Assembly: GCF_000142905.1 (NCBI RefSeq)
Contig: NW_013657666.1
Span: 258,631 to 322,630, forward strand
Direction: 5' to 3'
DNA from: Thecamonas trahens ATCC 50062
Taxonomy: Eukaryota > Protista > Apusomonadida
DNA: 64,000 nucleotides
Part shown: positions 35,901-44,328 of the stretch, piece after piece
Layout of the letters: each line of letters opens with the position of its first letter
How positions within the stretch are numbered: position 1 is the first letter of the stretch
The notes under the pieces: generated by a model
Seen by the model: only the letters and a program-made list of their open reading frames with translations
Told to the model about the DNA's origin: nothing
Databases searched by the model: none
Made by a program: the position numbers and the translations under genes

Positions 35901-36911
35901 GCCGGTCTCGTAGATGACAAAGGTCTCGAGGGCAGCCATGCCTCCCCACTCGGGGTGCATGGTCCCGCGGAGATCGGGGTTGATGGAGAGGTCGAGGCCC
36001 GCGATCTTGTCCATCGCTCCAAGCTCGGGGTAGAACGAGCCGGTGAGGCCGGTGTTGGACAGAGAGAGCGAGCGGATGGCGGACCATTGCGGAAGCCAGC
36101 GCGGCAGCGGCATGTTGAGCGGGTTGTTGCGGATGTCAAAAATGGAGATGGTCGAGTCCTTGTACTCTTCGGGAAGGCCAGTAAAGGCGCAGTCGCGGAC
36201 GATGACCTCCTCGATGCCGACGATGCGGGCGAGGACGCTCGAGAGCGGCGAGCCGCCGAGGCCTGATTGCGAGGCAAAGACAACCTTGAGCGATGTCATG
36301 CCGCTCCACGACGGCGGAAAGTTACCTTCCAGGCCAGCACCCGACGCAGGGCCACCGGTGGTGAGGACAAGCCGGCGGAGCGAGGAGAGCGAGCCCCACT
36401 CGGGCGGGAGCGGCCCGGTCAGCAGGTTCGATGAGTACACCTTGGTGTGGAAAAAGTACTTTGCAATGAGCGACATCGACGCCCAGATGGCCTCGTCCGG
36501 TAGCGCCTCGCCGCCGACGTTGATTTCGACCAGCTTGGGCATGGCGCTCGCCCACACGCCTGGCAGCGTGCCCTCCATCCGGTTGGCCGAGAGGTCGAGG
36601 ACGAGCAGCTCGGGAAGAGCCCACGCTGCGGCCTCGCTCGGCAGGCTTCCGGTCAGCCCGTTGTTCGAGAGGCGCAGCTCGACAACGTGGACAGCGCCGT
36701 CGTCGGTCGTTGCGTTCCCGCACCGCACGCCGGCATACATGCACACGTCCGGCCCGTTCCACCCGCTTGCCTCAAGCCAGGAACTCCCGTGAGTGGTGAC
36801 GAACAGTGCGTCGAGCGCCGCCTTTTCAGCCATCAGCGGATTCGCACTCGCCGCACATCCAGAGAGTGCCACCAGCAGAGCGAGCACCGTCACAACAAAG
36901 ACTGGAAGCAT
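32934..36911 (-). CDS. Receptor-like protein: signal peptide, plant-type LRR ectodomain, Cys-rich stalk, ~7 TM segments, no kinase
   Basis: LRRNT cap (W...C.YAGVRC), many LxxLxLxxNxLxGxIPxELG repeats, Cys-rich region (CSEGYEDRLCSRCARGHY), multi-pass hydrophobic C-terminus. Confidence 0.85.
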   Translation of the reverse strand: MLPVFVVTVLALLVALSGCAASANPLMAEKAALDALFVTTHGSSWLEASGWNGPDVCMYAGVRCGNATTDDGAVHVVELRLSNNGLTGSLPSEAAAWALPELLVLDLSANRMEGTLPGVWASAMPKLVEINVGGEALPDEAIWASMSLIAKYFFHTKVYSSNLLTGPLPPEWGSLSSLRRLVLTTGGPASGAGLEGNFPPSWSGMTSLKVVFASQSGLGGSPLSSVLARIVGIEEVIVRDCAFTGLPEEYKDSTISIFDIRNNPLNMPLPRWLPQWSAIRSLSLSNTGLTGSFYPELGAMDKIAGLDLSINPDLRGTMHPEWGGMAALETFVIYETGLSGTIPPELGQLKALWLFVITFTDITGTLPPELGDMTSMYQLLIYNNPGLSGTLPPELGKLPGLSVLKLFANNLTGTIPPSWGTDMAAMYQLELGKNHLEGTIPPGFPLLAKLKLEENRLAGGLDVLCDKPQLQTVDVSSNAISAFPTTCDVYVKELNMAFNAFTGDIPSAERVHGLVTLKASHNQFSGGLLPSSWAKLNDTLESVDFSHNALAGPVSAYLDVLKHGTTLATVDFSHNALSGILQDSLFYVVNDHFLQGMVRLFLNDNDITGLIPTVFSLLPHISEVDLSNNNLTGSASRITDDGVSILDLRGNAGLGEPDRLSLPDNTIAVYPLIQPNPAIPYKCPSLTDPVTRRLTLYLDEGYYSASLCECLPNYHGSSGVCLPCAHLAPAVTCHGGRVLLDVDGAGTALVYPANLTINPGYFVASTAASGAPLIDPCYPIGVDETACNPSAGYPFTCSEGYEDRLCSRCARGHYPQGRRCRRCPRILPTILAIAYSIAFCVWYALNQTGVRSVVLAPLVKSMFIFMQTSSLLFARSSAFVWPASVTTFFSGVFGWTSASANILTCLGSSNNSWETAFVASTLAVPVLVIFCLVAYCLLAILTKVSLNGLFGKPEKHWRYGGIRSGLAVLNLVYMPITVGMLMVLPCRESADGKSYLWAAPWIECTSSSATWIRLVVIGALFSVLYGLGVPLVFLVLMRNRKSQLKRLKALKIAEVDGHWFQWFYAAYHDSCHWFEFAIMARRLAIAIIAIVPATSLAVPMGFFITIVAAMLVQIYTEPFIFPTLNKLELITLVQLLFTFVAGQVFSSRIHERDLASSSGVLEVLVIGTNAVVVGLYIFVIARELHNRRGRLTGSPDAKLISVNPGVGTVHKERADPTPRTISAPHTPITRPAVLSGIANREYTYSYEYSEGYIDDEEQEEADAACDLFLSSSSITPPPASLTTTPSITRDALVADLRSLIDASNVAPSERHAVLASVLATWHAPR

Positions 36912-36940
36912 GGCCGTGGTGAACGTGCACGTATGTGTGA

Positions 36941-36977
36941 GCGTGTGTGTGTGTGTGCGTGTGTGTGCGTGTGTGTG
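36941..36977. repeat. Imperfect (GT)n microsatellite between divergent genes
   Basis: gcgtgtgtgtgtgtgtgcgtgtgtgtgcgtgtgtgt visible directly. Confidence 0.85.
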
Positions 36978-37208
36978 GAAGCAGTCGAAAGTGGTGAGGA
37001 GTGAGTGTGAGAGCGAGCGACAAAGAGAGCTGCAGAGTCAGACTGGACGCGGTATTGATATTGGCAACGTTTCGTAGCATGTGGGGGTGGCATGGTGACA
37101 TATAGCGCATGTGCCGGGTCTAGTGCTGGTCGAAGCAACGTTTGGCGGGCTAAAAGCGAGAGGCCACCTGTCGCGAGTAGCGGCCGTGGCTCTCGTACGG
37201 CTGGTGGA

Positions 37209-38471
37209 ATGGCGTATTGGCTAGAGATGCAGATGTTTCTGGTGGTTGCGACTGTGCTGCTGGCGGTGGTGGTGTCAGGGACAGGCCAAAGGTGTGCAAG
37301 CACGCCTGCGCATGCGGTTTGCTCAGTGGTGGCGTTTGGGGCGCGAGGCGACGGCAAGACGGACGACACTGGGCCGATTCAGGAGGCGCTGGCGTGCGCG
37401 GCATGTGATGTGGTGGTGCTGCCATTTGGCGGCGTGTTTGTGGCGCGCGGGGTGAACTTGAGTTCGAACACGGAGCTCCGGGTCGAGACCGGGGCGGTGC
37501 TGATGGGCGCAGCGAGCGTGGCTGGGTGGCCTTTGGTCGACGCGCTACCGTCGTATCCGCTCTCGCGTGACCACAACTCGCAGCCGCGGTATCAGGCGCT
37601 TATTGCTGGGTATGATGTGGTCAATGTGAGCATTAGCGGCGGCGGGCGGATCGACGGGCGCGGAGAGATGTGGTGGCGTGCGGTCCGGAAGCACGAGTTG
37701 AGCATGCAGCGGCCGCCGCTCATCGAGATAGTGGGTGGCGTCGGTGTGCGGATCACCGAGCTCGAGCTCAAGGACTCACCGTACTACCACATCCATCCAT
37801 ACATGTGCCGCGGAGTAGTTGTCGACCGGGTCCGCATCGACGCGCCGCTCGGCTCGCCCAACACCGACGGCATCGACCCAGATTCTTCGTCGGACGTGCG
37901 CATCACGAGGTGCACCATAAGCTCCGGCGATGACCACATCTCGCTCAAAGCCGGCAAGGGCTGGGAGGGGTACGCGTGGGGCGTGCCGACAGAGCGGGTG
38001 CTCATTGCCGACAATATCTTTCATCACGGCGCCGGCATCGCCATCGGCTCCGAGACCGGCGGCGGCATCGCGGACGTAGTGGTGTCCAACGCAACTCTCG
38101 ATGCGTCGCAGAGCGCTGTTCGCTTCAAGACGTGCCCGACGTATGGCCGCGGAATGACTAACGTGACCTACGACGGGGTGGTCGGCATCGGGCTGCTCGA
38201 CGGCTTGTTTGTCGACATGGCATACGAGTGCGGAGCAGCGAACGCAAGCCTCCCCGCTCCGATCTTTGCCAGTGTCACGCTCCGCAACCTCCAGCTGGAC
38301 GGAATCGGTCGCGCCGGGGCGATCACGTGCCTGCCGAGCGGCTGCCGCAACTGGCGCCTGGCCGACGTGCATGTCGCGTCGATTGAGGGCTGGACCGTCA
38401 CGCCCGGTGGCATGGTAGAGACGACCACGACAAACGTCGAGCCGGAATGGCCAAGATCAAGACCGGGCTAG
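37209..38471 (+). CDS. Secreted glycoside hydrolase family 28 (polygalacturonase-like)
   Basis: FGARGDGKTDDT, catalytic NTDGID and GDD, HG..IAIGSE, VRFKT; signal-peptide-like N-terminus. Confidence 0.9.
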   Translation: MAYWLEMQMFLVVATVLLAVVVSGTGQRCASTPAHAVCSVVAFGARGDGKTDDTGPIQEALACAACDVVVLPFGGVFVARGVNLSSNTELRVETGAVLMGAASVAGWPLVDALPSYPLSRDHNSQPRYQALIAGYDVVNVSISGGGRIDGRGEMWWRAVRKHELSMQRPPLIEIVGGVGVRITELELKDSPYYHIHPYMCRGVVVDRVRIDAPLGSPNTDGIDPDSSSDVRITRCTISSGDDHISLKAGKGWEGYAWGVPTERVLIADNIFHHGAGIAIGSETGGGIADVVVSNATLDASQSAVRFKTCPTYGRGMTNVTYDGVVGIGLLDGLFVDMAYECGAANASLPAPIFASVTLRNLQLDGIGRAGAITCLPSGCRNWRLADVHVASIEGWTVTPGGMVETTTTNVEPEWPRSRPG

Positions 38472-38650
38472 ATGAGCGTCAGCGAGTGCGAGGTATTGTT
38501 AAACTTGTTGATCTGTGGTTGCCGTGCCCGGGACGGGGCTGGGGGTAGGTGGGCCCCGGGTCCCGGGTGAGCGGCGGCCGTGGCGGTGCCGTACCTCGCG
38601 GGAGAACGCCCAAGCAGACGTACACACGGCTCTCTTGGGCAAGACGAAGG

Positions 38651-39103
38651 ATGTGGCGCGGAATCCGGCAGCTTGTGTCGCGGTACCGCAAATATGGGCG
38701 GGAGGAGGAGGCACAGCTGGCGGTGCAGCGGGAAGAGAGCATGCGGCGGCTGGCCGAGGCCAAGGCGGCTCGGGCCCAGGTGGAGGAGATGAAGGGCGCC
38801 ATGGTGGCGCAGTTTACAGCCATGGGCCGCGAGATGGAGACCGTCACCGAGCGCATGAAGGTTGAGGAGCGCAGGCTGGAGGAGGGTATCGACTCGGTCT
38901 TTGCCGCTGCCCGCTCCTCCGCCCGCGCGCATGCCATCCGCCAGGCCGTCGACGAGCTTGATGCCAAGGAGCGCGAGCTCCTTGGCCAGCCACCGACAGC
39001 ACCGCCGGTGACACCCCCGACATCCACCGATGGCGCAGGCGCTGATGCCGCCGCCTCGGCCACCGTATCGGGCAAGGGCGACTTGCGCGGACGCCGCGGC
39101 TAG
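38651..39103 (+). CDS. Small coiled-coil hypothetical protein
   Basis: ATG-initiated ORF with Arg-rich N-terminus and helical E/K/R/A composition. Confidence 0.5.
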   Translation: MWRGIRQLVSRYRKYGREEEAQLAVQREESMRRLAEAKAARAQVEEMKGAMVAQFTAMGREMETVTERMKVEERRLEEGIDSVFAAARSSARAHAIRQAVDELDAKERELLGQPPTAPPVTPPTSTDGAGADAAASATVSGKGDLRGRRG

Positions 39104-39106
39104 CGT

Positions 39107-39994
39107 TCATTGCGACTCGACCGACGCTGCAGAGTCCCACAGCTGCGGAACATCATCGTCATCTGCCGAAGGCCATGCCTCGGGCCCATCAATCGCCAGG
39201 GACGTCGACGGGTCGGTAGTAGATGGCCATGTCTCGCTGTTGCTGGCAGGGGGCGGACGCGGGTCCGCGAGAGGCGGATCGCGAGCACGGGTAAACGCAG
39301 GAACTGTGAGGTCGTCAGCCACAGCAGTGTGGTCCGACGAGGGCTCGACAAGAGGAGCAGGCAATGGGAGCGTAGGCTCGGCCGGTGGAGGCGGGAGCGG
39401 CTCGCCTGCACCGGGAAGAGGCGGGAGGTCGTCGTTGCGATGGGCGTCCCACTCAAACGGCGGCGAGCGGCGTGGCGCTGGCCGACATGGCGAGCTTCCG
39501 CCTGGCCGAACCTTGCGCTTGCGGACTACGAGACCGCGAACCGAGTCGACCAGCAGCTCGACTGCCGCCACATACCGCTCGGTCAGCCTACGCTGCGACG
39601 AACGCGATCGACGTCGACGAGTGCCGGGAGAGCGGCGCCTCGGCGGTGAGCCGGAAGGGATGTCGACGCCGCGGCGAGCGATGGCCGTGTCCAGCGCATC
39701 TTCCGGCGAAGCAGCAGCCTGCAGTTGGGTAACTACCTCCCATGCGGCGTCTTCGGCCGCAAGCACCTGAAGGATGCCATTGTCGAGCGGCACGTTGTGC
39801 CGCGGAAGCGATGGCGGTCCTCGCTCCGGTGACGGTACCGGTGACGGTACCGGAGGACGAGCTGCAGCCGCGGCCGATCGGGCATTTGCCAGCGCCGCCA
39901 GATCCGCTGCTGCCGCTGCCACACTGTCGCTTGCGGCCGTCTGTGGGCGGTCGAGCAGCGGGGCATGGAGCGGGTAGAGCGGCAGTTCGTCCAT
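39107..39994 (-). CDS. Pro-rich hypothetical protein
   Basis: 295-aa ATG ORF filling the space between neighbours; no recognisable domain. Confidence 0.45.
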   Translation of the reverse strand: MDELPLYPLHAPLLDRPQTAASDSVAAAAADLAALANARSAAAAARPPVPSPVPSPERGPPSLPRHNVPLDNGILQVLAAEDAAWEVVTQLQAAASPEDALDTAIARRGVDIPSGSPPRRRSPGTRRRRSRSSQRRLTERYVAAVELLVDSVRGLVVRKRKVRPGGSSPCRPAPRRSPPFEWDAHRNDDLPPLPGAGEPLPPPPAEPTLPLPAPLVEPSSDHTAVADDLTVPAFTRARDPPLADPRPPPASNSETWPSTTDPSTSLAIDGPEAWPSADDDDVPQLWDSAASVESQ

Positions 39995-40240
39995 GGCCGG
40001 GTCTGCCGCACAGACAGAGCCCAGGCTCAGGCTTAGGCGAGGCGAGGTGAGGCGAGGCGGAGAGTTGAGGGAGGAGAGGGAGTATGCGAGAGGATGAGAA
40101 AAGAGCGAGATGGGTCTGGTTCTTCTGGGTTCCTTCCGTCACCGGTCCGCTGTGCTGTGAGTGCTGGTGGTTGTGACGGACCAAGGGCGGGTGGTGGGAT
40201 ACCTGACTTGCGGAAGTGGAAAGCCGAGCGATCAGAGGGA

Positions 40241-41437
40241 ATGAGCGGGCGAGCAGTCTCGTTTGTCTCGTCAGAGCTGTCGTACGACTACTCGTACTCG
40301 GTGGTGTATGTGGACGAGGTCGACATTGCCATGTCCGCCCTCTCGGACGAGTCGGACGAGGGCTGTCGGGGGCGTACCGGCGGGACACGGTCAGGCAGCG
40401 CCGCCTCGCCTCTGCGCTTGCCAGGCCGCAAGGCGTCACAAAGCGAGTCTTCATATGGAAGGAGGGCCTCGCCGCTACAGCCGCCGCCTGGCTCGCCTGG
40501 CTTGCAGCATGTTGGCGGACAGGCGGCCGGCGTGCCGCCCGGGCGCGGCGAGCGGCGGACAAAGCGGACGCGCGCCAAAAGCCCGCTGCCATCGACGCCA
40601 GCTGCTGGCGAGCGATTCAACACAAAGCTGGTGCGGGCGTTGGCAAGGAGCGGAGATGCGGCAGCTGGAAATGGCGAAGACGCAGAGACGGGCGAGGCAG
40701 CCGGTGATGACGCTGATGTCGACGAGGCGCGCTTGCCCGGGCTCCGCAAGACGGCGCTGCTGCTGCTGGTGGCATGGGCCGTCTCGCTCATCATGCTTTG
40801 GATCCTGGTGGTGGCGCTGTTTGATAGCTTCCTCTGGTCAATGGTAAGCCTGCTTGTGGGTGCGGCTCATGCTCTGCTCATTGCCGCGGTGGTGGCCAGT
40901 TTTGCGTCCGGACGAGAGGTGCTGGCCCAGCTTGCTCTGGTCTCGTTCCCGGGCATGGCGGTGCTTCGCATCGGCGCTGCACTCTTTCTCTGCATCACCG
41001 TCAACGTTCGCATCGATGCCTATTGCCGCCACGAGGGCACGCTCCTCTGCGGACCGAGCTCTCTCGGCGAGCCGCACACGCCATCGCGACACGAGCTGCG
41101 ACTCGGCTTTGTCGGCGCCACCTTTGGCATTGCCGCACTGGAGCTGCTTATCCTGGCAGTTTTGAGCAAGGCTGTGCTCAACTTTTTTGTCGCTGCAGGC
41201 CTGGCGACGCAGCAGCTTCCGCTCCGCCCGGTCTGGCGGAGCCTAGCCCGGATCGCCGAGCTTGTGGCGGCTTGCCTCGGCGGCGGCCGCAGTCACGCAG
41301 GCGAGGCCTGCATCTCGCTCACCTGGATGTGCTGCTGCTTTTTCTTTGGCGCCGCCGCACTCGCAGCTGCTGTGCTCTCCTCCCTTGTCGCCGATGCCTT
41401 TGGTATGGTCGTGTACGCCGGTGTTGACTCACTGTGA
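40241..41437 (+). CDS. Multi-pass membrane protein with disordered N-terminus
   Basis: About five hydrophobic segments (TALLLLVAWAVSLIMLWILVVAL and others). Confidence 0.6.
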   Translation: MSGRAVSFVSSELSYDYSYSVVYVDEVDIAMSALSDESDEGCRGRTGGTRSGSAASPLRLPGRKASQSESSYGRRASPLQPPPGSPGLQHVGGQAAGVPPGRGERRTKRTRAKSPLPSTPAAGERFNTKLVRALARSGDAAAGNGEDAETGEAAGDDADVDEARLPGLRKTALLLLVAWAVSLIMLWILVVALFDSFLWSMVSLLVGAAHALLIAAVVASFASGREVLAQLALVSFPGMAVLRIGAALFLCITVNVRIDAYCRHEGTLLCGPSSLGEPHTPSRHELRLGFVGATFGIAALELLILAVLSKAVLNFFVAAGLATQQLPLRPVWRSLARIAELVAACLGGGRSHAGEACISLTWMCCCFFFGAAALAAAVLSSLVADAFGMVVYAGVDSL

Positions 41438-42098
41438 GTCTGGTGTCGCCAATTGCAGCGCCGTTGCAGCTACTGCAACATAAAACCAGCATGCCCCACC
41501 ACAGCAATGCCTACAGTGGGGCAAGTCATACCCGTTTGACGCGCCACTGTCTGCAATCAAAGCCATGGATCTCAGCGGGACTCGGGAGTCGGCGACCATC
41601 TGCCCCGTCAGCCGCACAGTGCTCGGCTCGCACAACTTGTGACGCGGACGGCCAGGCACCACCCCGCCAGACGCTTCTCTCAACACTGCCCAAGGTAAGT
41701 AACACATGATGCCCATCCCCCCCTCCCCCCCCCTCCTCCTCTCCCCACTCCCTTCCCATACTCCCACCAACTACTGTCTCCACTTCCCTATCCCCTCCCC
41801 CATCGTCACCCGTGACTGTATGGGCACCAAGCGGAGCGGGGGAAGGGAGCCACTGCCGTTAGCTCGCAAATTTCAAATGTTTTAGCCACCGAAGGCGGGA
41901 GTGGCGCCAAGACAGGGACGGAAAGTGGGGTGGGGGGGGGGGGGGGGGAGGGGAGAAGGCTTCGTGGAAGAACAGGGAGAACCCGCAGCGTGGGGAGGTG
42001 CATGCGCCTATGGATGGTTGTCATGACTCGCGCGAGTGACTCATGGTGAGTGTGTATGGGCGTGCCTGCGCGTGTGTGTGTCGGGAGTGGGGGAGCAG

Positions 42099-43070
42099 AT
42101 GGAGATGGGCGGCATTGTCAACCAGTTCCGGACCCTGTCGGCCGAACCGGCCAACCGCGAGTTTATGGTCCACAAGCAGAACTGCCTCCCCGCGCTGGTC
42201 ACCTTCTTGCACGTCGACGATGCGAGTGTGGTGGCGGCAGCCATGCAGACGCTGTTCAATCTTGCACAGCATCCGGCCAACATCCAGCCCATCAAGACGT
42301 GGGACGGCCTGGTCGAGGCCATTGCGGCGTGGACCACTCGCGAGGGCACCACCGCACCCATCATCAAGCTCTCTGGCGAGATCATGGTGGCTCTGGGCCT
42401 CGCTGCCCCGCTCTCGGCTGGTGCTGCGGCTAATGCCGCTGCAGACGAGTCGGACGCCGAGTCCGAGTATGAGTCGGACGACGACGACGACGGTCCGCCC
42501 GAGCTTGTAGAGAACGACGGCCCGCCGCCGCTCACGCCGGTGGCACCTTCGCGGCTCAACTCACCGGCCAACGCTAAGACTGCGTCCAAGGCTGCGACCA
42601 AGACTGCCGGTCGACCGGCGGTGCCGCGGTCGGCGGCATACACGCTCTCGATCGAGGGCCTCTCGCACAACAACCGGTCGCTCATCGAGCGCAAGCTCCT
42701 GCAGCTGCAGGGTATCATCTCGTTCACCATGAACGTGGCGGCCAAGACGGCGGTGGTTCGCACAAGGGGCGCACCCGAGGACATTGTGGCTGCGCTCGAG
42801 GCGATCGGGTACCACGCGGCGGTGCTCGGCGACGAGTCGCAGGGCCTCGAGACCGTCCGCATCATGAGCGGCGGTGCCGTGGCCGGCAAGGAGAACTCGA
42901 TGCCGGCGTACGCGTCCGACGAGAAGTTTGTGGCTTCCAAGTTTACCGTCGTCAACAACTCGGGTGACCACACACTGGCCGGCCGCCGCCGGGCCCGTGA
43001 GCGCCGCGAGCGGCAGCAGGCGTCCAAGGTCAATTCGCTGCTCTCGCGCGTTGGCTCGTGGCTCTGGTAG
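42099..43070 (+). CDS. ARMC1: Armadillo repeat-containing protein 1 homologue (ARM plus HMA-like domain)
   Basis: VNQFRTLSAEPANR...CLPALVTFL; LSIEGL...LLQLQGIISFT...VVR; C-terminal LLSRVGSWLW. Confidence 0.8.
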   Translation: MEMGGIVNQFRTLSAEPANREFMVHKQNCLPALVTFLHVDDASVVAAAMQTLFNLAQHPANIQPIKTWDGLVEAIAAWTTREGTTAPIIKLSGEIMVALGLAAPLSAGAAANAAADESDAESEYESDDDDDGPPELVENDGPPPLTPVAPSRLNSPANAKTASKAATKTAGRPAVPRSAAYTLSIEGLSHNNRSLIERKLLQLQGIISFTMNVAAKTAVVRTRGAPEDIVAALEAIGYHAAVLGDESQGLETVRIMSGGAVAGKENSMPAYASDEKFVASKFTVVNNSGDHTLAGRRRARERRERQQASKVNSLLSRVGSWLW

Positions 43071-43158
43071 ACTGCCCGCACGTACCCTTACTGAAGACGC
43101 TGCACAGGACGTGGCGCCGAAAACCCGTAACATACACTCTAGACACCAAATCGTACCG

Positions 43159-44070
43159 CTACGCGTACTCCAGCTTGAGCGTCAGCCGATCCAGTGCATC
43201 GTCGAGGCCGTCGATGCCGCGCCCGAGCGCAGCGAGCCGGCGCATGAGGAATTGGATCTCCTCTGCCTTTGCAGCTTCTGCCTGTGCTGCGTGTGCATCA
43301 GCTGCGGCGTCGTCGCACTCTGCAGCGTTCTCACTGGCGGTGACCTCGTCCCGGCTGGCGTCGCCGCCGTCAGTGGCGGTGTCCGCAGCGAGCTGGGTGG
43401 CGACGTAGTCGGCGGCGACGTCGCCCCAGATCCGGAAGGCTTCGGCCGCCGACGAAAGCATGTACCGCTCCATTGGCGACTGGACAACAAACGAGCCGGC
43501 CCAGCCCACACGGGCGGTGATGGTGCAGCGCGTTGCTGGCGCGTCAGACGCGTCCGACACTGGCTCGGCAAGGTAGCATCCCTCCGAGGTGATGTAAGGC
43601 CCGATTGCACCACGGAAGCGGTTGACGACGTCGACACGAAAGGCCTCCAGCTCTGGCGGCAACTCGATCCCCGCTGCCTCATCGTCGGCCTGCAGCGCAG
43701 CGCAGCCGTCAGGCGGGAGTCGTCCGTCGGCCACGTTAGTGCCGGCGAGCGGCCAGGGCTCCTCCGGGAGAGCGGCGTCAGGCCGCCCAGCGGCACGCCA
43801 CGAGTACACCTGGGTCTCAACAACAGCAGTGGCAGAGCCGAGGTAGGCCTGCAGCAGCGCAGGAGCCTGGATGGGCGAGGCATACTCCAGAAGGCGCATC
43901 GACTGGCCAGTGGGCACGTCGGCTGGTGGCGGGCGCCACCCACCCACCGCCAGCGAGTGGTTGCTGATGGCGGTATGGAAGGCGCGGGCAAAGCCGTCGC
44001 CGCCAAACACGAGCTCGGCAAAGGTCTCTACCGTGCAGGGAAAGACAAACTCCAGTCGGAGGTCGCGCAT
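43159..44070 (-). CDS. VASt/StARkin-like lipid-binding domain protein (start uncertain)
   Basis: FPCTVETFAELVFG...F...W...R.LEY..PI...VETQ pattern typical of VASt; C-terminal coiled coil. Confidence 0.55.
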   Translation of the reverse strand: MRDLRLEFVFPCTVETFAELVFGGDGFARAFHTAISNHSLAVGGWRPPPADVPTGQSMRLLEYASPIQAPALLQAYLGSATAVVETQVYSWRAAGRPDAALPEEPWPLAGTNVADGRLPPDGCAALQADDEAAGIELPPELEAFRVDVVNRFRGAIGPYITSEGCYLAEPVSDASDAPATRCTITARVGWAGSFVVQSPMERYMLSSAAEAFRIWGDVAADYVATQLAADTATDGGDASRDEVTASENAAECDDAAADAHAAQAEAAKAEEIQFLMRRLAALGRGIDGLDDALDRLTLKLEYA

Positions 44071-44328
44071 GAGAGAGACGGACAAAAAGGGGGAGGGGAG
44101 AGAGAGAGGAGTCGCGTCGTGGACGTGGACGTGGCCGATGGTGCGAGTGGCTGCGGGTGGGAACGGGGCCGGGGATCAGGCTCGATACGGCAGGTAACTT
44201 GTGCCTGGTCTCGTGGTCTCGGCCTCTTGCGAATTTGTTGGTCCATGGCGCGGGCATTCCATGCGTGTCATCCGAACACAAAAGAAGCCGAGCAAGACAC
44301 AGGCGGGGGGAGGGGGGGGGGACCACGG

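Noticed and set aside
41491-41700. Short ATG ORF ending at a GTAAGT donor upstream of ARMC1
   Set aside because: No recognisable homology or supported acceptor, so it cannot be called an exon.
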